From NCBI GenBank assembly GCA_963758525.1, contig CAVWVQ010000003.1:1216001-1280000 (forward strand): 64,000 bases of DNA. Direction: 5' to 3'. The notes beneath the pieces are model-generated. The model was given only the letters and a program-made list of their open reading frames with translations, was not told where the DNA came from and made no database searches. A program made the position numbers and the translations under genes. This stretch comes from an uncultured Phycisphaerales bacterium. GTDB taxonomy: Bacteria > Planctomycetota > Phycisphaerae > Tepidisphaerales > Tepidisphaeraceae. Shown here piece after piece: positions 21,991-32,001 of this stretch (positions within the stretch are counted from its first letter, which is position 1; the number at the start of each line of letters is the position of its first letter).

Positions 21991-23595
21991 CGGCGGCGGC
22001 CAGCGATCTGTCATCGCACGGGCGAACCGCGCGATCCGTTCCGGTCAGTCCCTGGCTCATCGCAATTGTCGTCTCGATGGCGACGTTCATGGAGGTGCTC
22101 GACACGAGCATCGCCAACGTCGCCCTGCCGCACATCGCCGGCGGACTCTCCGCCGGACAGGACGAATCCACCTGGGTGCTCACCAGTTACCTGGTTTCCA
22201 ATGCCATCGTGTTGCCCATCAGCGGCTGGCTCGCTTCCATCATCGGGCGCAAACGCTTCTACATGGGATGCGTCGCGCTTTTCACCGTCAGTTCGCTGCT
22301 CTGCGGCTTCGCGCCCAGCCTGGGAGCGTTGATCTTCTTTCGCGTCCTCCAGGGAATGGGAGGAGGCGGGCTCGCCCCCAGCGAGCAGGCAATCCTCAAT
22401 GACACCTTCGACGAAAGGCAGCGAGGAATGGCCTTTGCGCTCTATGGCGTCGCGATCGTCGTCGCGCCGGCCGTCGGTCCGACGCTGGGCGGATGGATCA
22501 CCGACAACTATTCCTGGCGATGGATTTTCTTCATCAACGTTCCCGTTGGACTCTTGTCCCTGTTTCTCTCCCATCTGCTGGTTCACGATCCGCCGGATCT
22601 GGTAAGGGCGCGGGAGAAGAGGGCGAAGCAGCCGTTGAACATCGACTTCGTCGGCTTTGCGCTGATCGCGCTCGGTCTTGGCAGCCTGCAGGTCGTTCTG
22701 GACAAAGGGCAGCGGGACGATTGGTTTGGCTCTCACTTCATCGTCTTTTTCTGCATCACCGGCGCCTTTGGAATCATCGTCGGCATCTTCTGGGAGCTCT
22801 ACCGGAAAGATCCGATCGTCGATCTGCCGCTCATGAAAGATCGGACATTTTTCGTCAGCAATCTCATCATGTTTATCGTGGGATTCGTTCTGTTCGGCAG
22901 CACCGTCCTCATTCCCCAGCTTGCCCAGGAACTGCTCGGATATACCGCAAAAGACGCAGGCCTGCTGATCACGCCGGGAGGGATCGCGGTGATGGCGCTG
23001 ATGCCGCTCGTAGGCTTCCTCACGTCGCGCGTCGCCGCCCGCTGGCTGATTCTGCTCGGGCTGGTGATCTCGGCGCTGTCACTCTATCACCTCAGCAAAC
23101 TCACCCTCGACGTGGACTACTGGACGCTCGCCCGCGCCCGCATCTACCAGGCGTCGGGCATCGCGTTTCTCTTCGTTCCGATCAACACCGCGGCTTATGC
23201 CGGCCTGGCGCAACAAGAGCAACAACGCTTCGGCCATTCTCAATCTCTTTCGCAACCTTGGTGGCAGCGTTGGCATTTCGGTCGTGACGACAACCCTCGC
23301 CCGGCGCGAGCAGGCGCATGATGTGTTTTTGGGAAGCCATCTCAATCCGTTCAATCCGCGCTTTGTTTCGGCGATGGCGAGCACCGTGCGGACGCTGGAG
23401 CAGCAGGGCATTCTCGCCGCGCAGGCGACACATCAGGCGCAAGGCGTGATCGTGCGATCGATGTATCGCCAGGCCGCGATGCTCTCGTACCTCGACGCGT
23501 TTCAACTGCTGGCGATCAGTGCCGTCTGCATGATTCCGTTTGTGTTCCTCTTGAAGAAAAACAAGCCGGGGAAGGGCGGGGGAGCGGCGCACTGA
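21987..23595 (+). CDS. emrB: EmrB/QacA DHA2 MFS efflux permease (frameshift at ~23210)
   Basis: MEVLDTSIANVALP, WVLTSYL and WRWIFFINVP. The next frame continues with NLFRNLGGS. Confidence 0.93.
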
Positions 23596-23779
23596 GCCGG
23601 ATGCGCGGAAGCCCGTGACGAAATCAGGAATCAGAATCAAATCGAAATTCAAATGACGAATGAGCGAGATGGCCGCAGCCGAGACGGCTGTGCTACATGA
23701 TTGCTTCACTCGTGTGCTGAGATGATCAAGTAGTGAATGCGCGAAAGTTCGGTTTCGATGCTCAATTCTCGCCCGGCCC

Positions 23780-24652
23780 CTACGTCTTGGCGATTGAACA
23801 TGCATCGGTTTCGACCGCGATCCGCTCCCGCAGCGCCTCGTGCAGTGACCGCGTGACTTCCCCGCATTGCCCCCCCGCCACTTTCAGGCCGTTCCAGGTT
23901 CCGACCCAGCTTACTTCACGCGTCGTGCTGGTGATGAATAATTCGTCGGCGGCGATTGCCTCTTTCTCTGGGAGTGGTCTTTCTTCAACTGGTATGCCGA
24001 GCGTTCGCGCGCAATCGAGCAGCACGGCACGTGTTATTCCCGGCAGGACGCGCGCTCCGACGGGATGGGTGACCAGCCGGTCTTCGATCACAGCGAAGAG
24101 ATTGCTCGCGGCACATTCGCTTACGATGCCGCGGTCGACGAAGACCGCTTCATCAGCGCCGGCCGCAATCGCGGCATTTTTTGCCAGCACATTGGGAAGC
24201 AGCGCGATCGATTTAATCCAGCAGCGATGCCATCGCTCGTCTGCGACGGCAAGCAGTCGCACGCCCTCACCCGTGCCAGGGGCGGGGACGGGCGGCAAGG
24301 GACGGGCGTAGAACAGGAGCGTGTGCTGAACGGCATCGGGGAAGACGTGATTCCGCGGCGCCTCGCCGCGGGTGAGCTGGAGATAGACCATACCATCGCT
24401 GACGGCGCTGGCGGCGATCAGCTTCTCAATTTCGCCGGCGAGCGCAGCCGGCGCGATCGGCAGTCCGAGCTGAATTCCCGCGGCAGACCGCTCCAGCCGA
24501 TTGAGGTGATCCATCTGTCCAAAGGCTTTGCCGTTATAGAGACGCAGGACTTCGTAGACGCCGTCGGCAAACTGGAAGCCGCGATCCTCGACGCCGAGGC
24601 GGGCTTCGGACATCGGGATGATTTCGCCATTGAGCCAGATGCAGTCGTTCAC
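23780..24652 (-). CDS. Class IV PLP aminotransferase (D-amino-acid aminotransferase-like)
   Basis: DRGFQFADGVYE, YLQLTRG, IKSIALL, LPGITR and ELFITST. Confidence 0.9.
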   Translation of the reverse strand: MNDCIWLNGEIIPMSEARLGVEDRGFQFADGVYEVLRLYNGKAFGQMDHLNRLERSAAGIQLGLPIAPAALAGEIEKLIAASAVSDGMVYLQLTRGEAPRNHVFPDAVQHTLLFYARPLPPVPAPGTGEGVRLLAVADERWHRCWIKSIALLPNVLAKNAAIAAGADEAVFVDRGIVSECAASNLFAVIEDRLVTHPVGARVLPGITRAVLLDCARTLGIPVEERPLPEKEAIAADELFITSTTREVSWVGTWNGLKVAGGQCGEVTRSLHEALRERIAVETDACSIAKT

Positions 24653-24793
24653 GGTATCTCCTGCGTATGATTCCCTTATAATCGGCCGAGCGAGATGAAT
24701 TCCACTGAAACAATTTCAAAGTCGCACGGTGGGAACCGTCGAGCTGCTTGTTCTCACCTCCCGTGGCAAAATACACGGCATCAGGAAAGCAAG

Positions 24794-24837
24794 CCCCTAC
24801 CCCAGCCCTCCCCCGGAGTACCAGGGGAGGGGGAAAG
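24794..24837. repeat. Palindromic repeat family C (CCCTCCCCCGGAGTACCAGGGGAGGGG)
   Basis: Near-identical copy at 25316-25358. Relatives are at 9800-9826, 25222-25250, 27462-27580 and 47117-47147. Confidence 0.85.
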
Positions 24838-24846
24838 CGGTGCCTG

Positions 24847-26094
24847 ATGTCGCAGGTGCCCGCGTGGGACGACTCATTGCTTCGCGATCCGCATGCCGTT
24901 GCCGACAAGCGCGGCCGGGTGCAGCGGATGTTCGCGGCCATCGCGCCAAGCTATGACCTCAACAATCGGCTGCACAGCCTGGGCATCGACCAACTCTGGC
25001 GGCGCAAAGCGGTGAAGCTGGCGCAAATCCGCCCCGGCAACGTGATTGTCGACGTCGCCTGCGGCACAGGGGATCTCACGCTTGCCTTCGAGGCAGCCCG
25101 GCAGCGCGTGGGCGGCACGGGCCGAGTATTCGGCATCGACTTCACCTTTGAAATGCTTCCGCCAGCGCGGCGGAAGGCGATTCGCGCGGGCGGCGGCGAT
25201 GGCAAGCCTGGCGAATCTTCCATCCCCTCGCCTGGTACTCGGGGGGACGGGAAGGCAGGAGCACTGGCTGCCGAAGGTCGCTCGAGCGCGATAGATGGCC
25301 TGCAAACCGCGCCGCCCCCACCCCGGCCCTCCCCCGGAGTACCAGGGGAGGGGGAAAGATACACTTCGGAAGTTGCGGCGAGCGCCGATGGTAATCGAGG
25401 GGAAGGCCGGGAAGTCCTTGGGCAAAGCTCTGGCTCTGCTCCGGCGCGCGGGCGATAAGCGAGATCTCGATTCTTTTGATCTTCGGACCACGCAAGCTTC
25501 TGCTCCGGCCCGCGCGGGCGATAAGCGAGATCTCAATTCTTTTGGTCTTCGGCCCAGACAAGCTTCAGCTCCGGCGGCGCGGACGATAAGCGAGGGGAGG
25601 TCAGAGAGGCCCGGGAAAGCGACGGCCCAAAAACTCTGGCGAACATGTCGCAGACTTCCGCCGCAGGCTCGCCCGCATTTGCCGTGGGGGACGCGCAGTC
25701 GCTGCCGCTGCCGGATGCGTGCGCGGATGTGGTATCCATCGCATTTGGCATTCGCAATGTCGCCGATATCGCGGCCGCGATGGCGGAGTTTCGCCGCGTG
25801 CTGCGACCGGGGGGGCGGCTGATTGTTCTTGAGTTTTCGCTGCCGACAAATCCAGTGCTGCGCGGCCTGTACAATTTTTATTTCCGCAAGATTCTTCCCT
25901 GCACGGCGACGCTGATCAGCGGCGACAAGACCGGCGCGTACAAGTATCTGCCGGAATCAGTCAACACGTTCATCGGGCGGGAGCAGATGATCACGATGAT
26001 GCAAGCCGCTGGTTTTGAGAGAGCCGAGCAGTTCGCCATGACGTTCGGCGTTTGCATTTGCTACCGAGGCGTCGTGGGCGGGGGCGACGTTTGA
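24847..26094 (+). CDS. ubiE: MenG/UbiE C-methyltransferase with a large repeat-derived insertion
   Basis: VQRMFAAIAPSYDLNNRLHSLG, DVACGTGDL and GIDFTFEML precede the insert (~25185-25665). GDAQSLP, IAFGIRNV, RVLRPGG and AYKYLPESV follow it in the same frame. Confidence 0.85.
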
Positions 26095-26096
26095 TC

Positions 26097-26172
26097 GGTC
26101 TGATTTGAAATTTGAAATTTGAAATTTGAAATTTTCAGATTTCAGATTTCAGACCTCCTCAGATTTAAAATT
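26097..26172. repeat. Heptamer hairpin (ATTTGAA)x4 / (TTTCAGA)x3 between convergent genes; possible bidirectional terminator
   Basis: Repeats read directly from the sequence; GGTCTGA pairs with TCAGACC at the stem ends. Confidence 0.75.
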
Positions 26173-27413
26173 CAGTCTCCGGAATCCTCCCATCGGCCGA
26201 CCAGCGTCTGCGAGCCATCTTCTGCCTGATACTCACCGGCAATTTTCAGATGAGGGCTAGCGTAGATGTCCTGCGCCATTGCCGCAAAGGTGGATCGTGC
26301 CGGGTCCGGCGGATGCCGATCCGGCTCGGCCTCGATTGCCGCGCTAACAAAGGCAATGGCCAATCGCGGCTCCAGATGAAATCGGAATGCAATCGGCTGA
26401 TCGTCACCGGTGCAGACGAGCCGCATCCGTGTCTGCGCGAGTTGCGAATGGGTGAAAAAGATCGGATGCACCAGGCCGCTTGCCGAAAACGTCGTGTCGA
26501 GCGCGACTGGCGAAGAGAGCCAGGTCCACTGGTCTTGCTGCGTAAGGGAAGAGGAATTGATGACCACTCGAGCGGCCAGCGTGCTGAGCGGCGTCTGCCG
26601 GCTTTGCCAGAGGAGCCAGAGCATTGATGCGACGACCGCCACCGCGCCGACGCCAAGCAGGCCGCCACGCGATCGCAGCAGGGACGCGCCAACCATCAAC
26701 GCCGCGACGATCAGGCCTGCAAACAGTGCCCGTCGGCGAACGGCAAATGGCAGGCCGCGCTCCCAGCCATAGGTCGGGCCATACGCGGCGGGCGCGATCA
26801 GCGCTTCGGGACCGATGCGATCGTGCGCGACAACCCAATACTCTCCGGCGCGCTTCCAAGGCCACGCTCCGCCGGGACGGCGCTGCGAGCGGATCGCCAC
26901 GATCGTTCCCCCAGCGAGAAGCGTCCGCAGTTGCCGCTCATTCACCCGCGCGGCGGCGTTCTCGTCGAGCAGCACGCCGTCGAGCGCTTCCCAGGCGCAG
27001 GGCGGCCCCGGCAGCGGATTGGCCGCATCCAAATGCACCGCCACAATGTCCAATCCCGGGAAAAAAGCATTCGCGTCCCCCACGTCAACGCCTGCCAGTG
27101 CCACCAGGCGTTGCGTGTCGCCAAGCGGCTCAAGATGAACGGGAAGCAGATGGACGCCGGCATCGGTCCAGCCGACGTTCTGCAATCGCCCGGAGATCGC
27201 CAGCCAGGGAACCGTGGCGTCGATGCCGCCGGAGTTTGTCGAGATGGCCGTGGGCAATGCGCCATCGCCGGTGATCGCGACCTCTCGGGAAGTGATCCCG
27301 CTGCCGACCACGTGAACCGGGATGTAGCGTCCCGGACGATAGTGATCTTCCAGCGGAAAGGTGACTGCGACATCCCCGGACGCCCAAGAGGGAATGAGCA
27401 GGCCGAGCAGCAT
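26172..27413 (-). CDS. Hypothetical secreted/membrane protein
   Basis: Signal-like N-terminus, 'YRPGRYIPV', 'WEALDGVLLD' and two TMs. The start is uncertain because the upstream frame runs through repeats. Confidence 0.7.
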   Translation of the reverse strand: MLLGLLIPSWASGDVAVTFPLEDHYRPGRYIPVHVVGSGITSREVAITGDGALPTAISTNSGGIDATVPWLAISGRLQNVGWTDAGVHLLPVHLEPLGDTQRLVALAGVDVGDANAFFPGLDIVAVHLDAANPLPGPPCAWEALDGVLLDENAAARVNERQLRTLLAGGTIVAIRSQRRPGGAWPWKRAGEYWVVAHDRIGPEALIAPAAYGPTYGWERGLPFAVRRRALFAGLIVAALMVGASLLRSRGGLLGVGAVAVVASMLWLLWQSRQTPLSTLAARVVINSSSLTQQDQWTWLSSPVALDTTFSASGLVHPIFFTHSQLAQTRMRLVCTGDDQPIAFRFHLEPRLAIAFVSAAIEAEPDRHPPDPARSTFAAMAQDIYASPHLKIAGEYQAEDGSQTLVGRWEDSGD

Positions 27414-27559
27414 GCAGAGCGCAGCCGTTGTCGAAAGTGCGCCCGATGCCGACGCCCGCTTGCCCCCTCTCCCGGTACTCCGGAAGAGGGTCGGGGTGAG
27501 GGTGCTTTGGAGCACCAACAGCCTACGACGCTCCAAATCACCCTCACCCCAACCCTCTC

Positions 27560-28207
27560 CCGGGGTGCCGGGAGAGGGGGTCGCGCGCCCGCGTCGCGGT
27601 AGGGCGGGATTCATCCCGCCACGGCTTTCGGCACCGCGAAACATCGGCGGGATGAATCCCGCCCTACATTCTGACCACTGCGGACCGGCTTGTCCGTTCA
27701 CGTCTTCACGTCTCACGTTTCAGTATCTTCCCGTCACGTTCCAATCACCCATTTTCTCTCACATCGCGATCTCCGGGGTATCGGGAGAGGGCGTCGCGCC
27801 CCGCGTCGCGGTAGGGCGGGATTCATCCCGCCACGGTTTGCGGCACCGCGAAACATCGGCGGGATGAATCCCGCCCTACATTCTCAGCGCCGCGGACCGG
27901 CTTGTCCGTTCTCGTCTTCACGTCTCACGTTTCAGTATCTTCCCGTCACGTTCCAATCACCCGTTCCCTCTCACATCACGATCTCCGGGGATGCCGCGAG
28001 AGCGAGTTGCACCCTGCCGCTCTGTAGGGCGGGATTCATCCCGCCGCGGCTTTCGGCACCGCGAAACATCGGCGGGATGAATCCCGCCCTACATTCTGAC
28101 CACTGCGCACCGGCCTGTCCGTTCACGTCTTCACGTTTCACGTTTTCAGCATCTTCCCGTCACGTTCCAATCACCAATCACCCGTCCCCCTCTCACATCC
28201 CGATCTG
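27560..28207. repeat. Three tandem ~212-bp units, each with a GTAG REP doublet
   Basis: GTAGGGCGGGATTCATCCCGCC...GGCGGGATGAATCCCGCCCTAC at 27599-27667, 27811-27879 and 28024-28092. Each is followed by a TCACGT-rich tract. Confidence 0.93.
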
Positions 28208-30130
28208 CACTGCAATCCGCAGCACCTCGGCGACGCTCCACGCTTGCGCGGGGCACCCTTTGGGCAGGTGCGGCGGGTTTCCTTCGCAGATTTCGGGAAT
28301 CTGTCCGATGCTGAACTGCTGCATTTGATCGAGCAACGGCCGAAGCCATTGCTTGGCCTGCTCGACGGCGCTGCCGGAGCTTTTATTGACGCGAAGATAC
28401 GCCGAGAGAAACGGCCCGATGAGCCAGGGCCAGACGGTGCCGTTGTGATATGCCGAGTCGCGGTCCCACATTGAGCCGCCGTACCAGCCACGGAAGCCGG
28501 GATCGCTGGCGGCAAGCGTTCGCAACCCCATCGGCGTCAGCAATTCGCGCCGAACCACCTCGACGACAGCGGATTGCTGCTCATCGGTCAACGGGCTGTT
28601 GGGAAGACTGGCGGCGAAGATCTGGTTGGGCCGAATTGCGGCGTCACGACGATCGCCATCCACCACGTCGTATAAGCCGCGGACCTGACTGATATAGAAC
28701 GCCTTGCGGAAGCTGTCGCGGACACGATCGGCCAGCTCCTTTTGCTGCATCAGCATCAGCGCGTGATACCACAAGGCGTTGATCTCGACGGCTTTTCCCT
28801 GCCGCGGCGTGAACGCCGTGCCGTCGCACTTGGCGTCCATCCAGGTGAGCTGCGTCTGCTGATCCCCCTGAGTGATCAGCCCGTCGGCCGGGTCCATCGC
28901 GATGTGGTAGCGCGTTCCCTTTCGATACCCGTCGAGAATCGCCTGGCAGGCGGGACGCAGTTTCTGGTCGAACGTCGCGGCATCTTTTGTGAGGCGAAGG
29001 TATTCAAATGCCGCGTGAATAAACCAGAGGCTCGCGTCAACCGTGTTGTAGCTCGGCTCGTTGGTGTAGTCGTCGAAGCGATTGGGGATCATCCCCTCGC
29101 TGACGTACTCGGCGAAAACCGTGAGCACCTGCCGGGCCTGATCAAACCGTCCGGTCGTCAGCAGAAGTCCCGGCAGCGAAATCATCGTGTCGCGCCCCCA
29201 GTCCGCAAACCACGGATAGCCGGCCTCGATGGTCGTTCCGTCTGATCCATTGGGAGCTTTTCGATAGACGATGAAATCGTTTGCTGCGCGGGATAAGCGA
29301 CGCTGATCGATCGATCCCTCCGGCGCCTTTCCCGCGGCTGCGATCGCCGTCCGGCGCCGCTTCAGTTCCCCGTCCCAATTCAGCGGCTCCATTGCTTCCA
29401 TCGACAGCCACAGCGTGATCGAGAACGGCCCATCTCCCTCGACGACAAAGCGGCCGGGCGTGAACAAATCTTCAAAGGGTTCCAGCCCGCGATCGGCTTC
29501 CACCTGGTAGAAGTGGCCATACCACCAGTCGCCGGCCTGCTCGAATGTTCCGCTGTCGGCGGTGATGTGGGCGCTGTTCGGATTACCGGGATTTCGGACG
29601 ACCGCCGCGCGCTGGCTGCTCTCGATGTTGAACTGCGTGCCGTTGGCCTTGCGCTCGGAGTGAAAGTCGCGCAGGCTCACGAACGGCTGGAGCGCGAGCT
29701 TGACGTGCCGCTTGGCGCCGGGATCGACGCGGTAACGCACGCCGGCAATGTTTTTCATCCAGACCAGCTGCAGCTCTTTGACGATGCGGACGCCTTGCAC
29801 CTCGTATTCCCAGGATGCGACGTCATCCAGCCCGAAGCGGCGCAGCAATTGGTCGCCGCGCGGGTGAAACAGATCGCGGAATTGGACGACCGACAGTTCG
29901 TTCATCCGCGTCTGGTCACCGTCGAGATAGACAAGTTCGCCGATGCGGTTGACGACCATGATGCGTCCCACGGGCGGCGTCGTCGCCGCGCAGAGCAGGC
30001 CGTGATATCGGCGCGAGTTGCATCCGACGACGCTCGAGGCCGCAAATGCGCCAAGCCCGTTGGTCAGCAGCCATTCCTGCGAGCGATAGGGATCGAGCAG
30101 GCCGTGGGTATCGATGGAGAAAAGCGGCAT
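28193..30130 (-). CDS. Glycogen debranching enzyme (amylo-alpha-1,6-glucosidase)
   Basis: EWLLTNGLG, RRYHGLL, AGYPWFADWGRDTMISLPG, LTWMDAK, YHNGTVWPW and AQAWSVAE. Confidence 0.95.
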   Translation of the reverse strand: MPLFSIDTHGLLDPYRSQEWLLTNGLGAFAASSVVGCNSRRYHGLLCAATTPPVGRIMVVNRIGELVYLDGDQTRMNELSVVQFRDLFHPRGDQLLRRFGLDDVASWEYEVQGVRIVKELQLVWMKNIAGVRYRVDPGAKRHVKLALQPFVSLRDFHSERKANGTQFNIESSQRAAVVRNPGNPNSAHITADSGTFEQAGDWWYGHFYQVEADRGLEPFEDLFTPGRFVVEGDGPFSITLWLSMEAMEPLNWDGELKRRRTAIAAAGKAPEGSIDQRRLSRAANDFIVYRKAPNGSDGTTIEAGYPWFADWGRDTMISLPGLLLTTGRFDQARQVLTVFAEYVSEGMIPNRFDDYTNEPSYNTVDASLWFIHAAFEYLRLTKDAATFDQKLRPACQAILDGYRKGTRYHIAMDPADGLITQGDQQTQLTWMDAKCDGTAFTPRQGKAVEINALWYHALMLMQQKELADRVRDSFRKAFYISQVRGLYDVVDGDRRDAAIRPNQIFAASLPNSPLTDEQQSAVVEVVRRELLTPMGLRTLAASDPGFRGWYGGSMWDRDSAYHNGTVWPWLIGPFLSAYLRVNKSSGSAVEQAKQWLRPLLDQMQQFSIGQIPEICEGNPPHLPKGCPAQAWSVAEVLRIAVQIGM

Positions 30131-30413
30131 GGGAGGAAGTGTAGTCGCTCCGCGGGCAAGCATCACCTGTTGCGCCGATTCTGGTGGCGGATCTGACCCG
30201 ATGCCTCCCCCACGATGCGCGACGATACGAAGCGGCCACCGGTGGCCCACGGCGAAAAAAGGGCGGATTGTTCGGAAACGAGGATCGTGAGCAAATGCGA
30301 GAGGCGGTGCCACCGCTCGCCGCCTGCCGCGCCAACCCTCTGCTGCGCCACCCTCTGCCTGACAGCGCGCCGCTGAAGCCGTAAGATTGGACTGGTTGCG
30401 GTACGGAGTTCGG

Positions 30414-30704
30414 ATGCGTCAAGTGCAAATCGACGATCAGGTGTTCGAAGCAGCCCAACGCCGCGCGGCGGATGGGGGATATGCCAGCGTCGAGGCGTAC
30501 ATCAACGATGTTGTGGTTCACGATCTCACGGATGACAACCAGGGAACTCCAAACCTCAATCATCTCTTCACGCCAGAGGTAATTGCCGAGCTCGAACTTG
30601 TTTCCGCCAAGGCGAAGGCCGGTGGCAAAACGTATACTTCTGAGGAAATTCGTGAACACTTCCGTGGGAAATCAGAAGCCTGGCGCCGAAATCACTCAGG
30701 ATGA
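30414..30704 (+). CDS. Putative antitoxin
   Basis: 96 aa with an RHH-like N-terminus; ATGA overlap with the following RelE/ParE-like gene. Confidence 0.7.
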   Translation: MRQVQIDDQVFEAAQRRAADGGYASVEAYINDVVVHDLTDDNQGTPNLNHLFTPEVIAELELVSAKAKAGGKTYTSEEIREHFRGKSEAWRRNHSG

Positions 30705-31008
30705 TCGTCGACTACACCCCTGAGGCATTGGTCGATCTCGATGTGATCTGGGGATGGAATACGGCAACATTCACGCAGACGCTTACGTGGAATTTCTGCG
30801 AAGAGAAACCGATCGCTTGGATGCCGAACACGCTCGCGGAAGGACGCTGCCTGCGGGATCGTTTCAGTATCGGATGATTCGAAGGAAAAAGAACGGGCAC
30901 GGCCATGTCGTAATTTATGAAGTGGACGGAGTTGTAATCCGAATCCTTCGCTATTTTCATACCGCGCAGGATTGGCGGAGCAAACTCGCCGCTGAACCAA
31001 ATGGCTGA
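30701..31008 (+). pseudogene. RelE/ParE toxin, frame-disrupted at ~30757
   Basis: MIVDYTPEALVDLDVIWGWN, then another frame gives EYGNIHADAY...HVVIYEV..VIRILRYFHTAQD. Confidence 0.7.
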
Positions 31009-31056
31009 GTAAAAAATCTCGTCTTGCCCTTTGCCTTGACGGTTGATTGACCGGCT

Positions 31057-31446
31057 TCATCGTCCCCAGAAATCGATCACCATCACATCCGCCATCACCG
31101 GGCCAAGAACTCCGCCGAATGCTTTGTGCGCGGGATGCACGAGATAGGCGTCCCTGTCGTTTTCGCTGCCGAAGGTCAGCACGAAACACTGCGAGAAGCC
31201 GTTGGAATGCTTTTCCGGGCTCACATTATCGCCCCAGGTCAGCGAGAGAACGCCGGGAATCTTTTCCTTCAGGGCGGCAAAGGCGGTATCGACCGCCGCG
31301 ATTTGCTCCTTCGTCGCGGAGTCTTTGAACTTGAGAGTGACGACGTGATACAGCGTCCCTTTATTTGCCGCCGGTTGATCGTCGGCTGCGAGCGCCATGG
31401 AGCTGAACAGCGCGAGGCCGATCGCGAGCGTGGTTGCGTGTGTCAT
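31057..31446 (-). CDS. Dabb (stress-responsive A/B barrel) protein with signal peptide
   Basis: HVVTLKFK, WGDNVSPE, YLVHPAH and VIDFW. Confidence 0.9.
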   Translation of the reverse strand: MTHATTLAIGLALFSSMALAADDQPAANKGTLYHVVTLKFKDSATKEQIAAVDTAFAALKEKIPGVLSLTWGDNVSPEKHSNGFSQCFVLTFGSENDRDAYLVHPAHKAFGGVLGPVMADVMVIDFWGR

Positions 31447-32001
31447 GGGAGGTTCCCTTCAGTAGTTGCGGCAATTGTAGTGCAAGGGCATTGAGATACG
31501 AAGACGTGTTGCGGCGGGGAGAGGCATTTGCGCGGCGATGCTGATCGGGAGCTTCTGCGAGTCTTTAAGAAATGTGTTCCGCGACAACGCGAAGCGGCTC
31601 CCACGGTCCGTCGGCGAGGCGGCGCGATTCGCGCGAGGGGCGTAATCCCTGTTGCCATCGAATGATGACACACCGCGTCCGCCGGGGACTTTGGTCGCCG
31701 CTCCGCGTCGTCGCGGACCGTGGACAGCCGGTTGCCCTTCGTGCGCCAAACCCGTCGCATGTTGACCACGCATACGAATAAAGCGGGCGTTCTCCAAGGA
31801 ATGCAATCCGTTGGCGTTCTGAATGTGACAGCCCGTGCAGGCCGTATTCTTGCGCCACCTTCCCTCATAATCCGGTGGGACGCGGTGCGGATCGCAAAAA
31901 AAGAGGATGAAACTCCGCGGGCGCGGTAAACTTGCGACCCTGTACCGAGCCGGGCGGGCTCGGTGAAGAGTGTCGGCGGACCTGTCGGAGGAATTAAATC
32001 C

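Noticed and set aside
27560..28207. Possible CRISPR array
   Set aside because: The period is ~212 bp, the intervening sequences are near-identical rather than unique spacers, and there are no cas genes in the window.
31450..32000. Riboswitch or ncRNA upstream of the sugar ABC operon
   Set aside because: Only an imperfect ~20-bp inverted repeat (~31579-31598 / 31697-31718) is visible, and I recognise no RNA family. An Rfam scan would decide.
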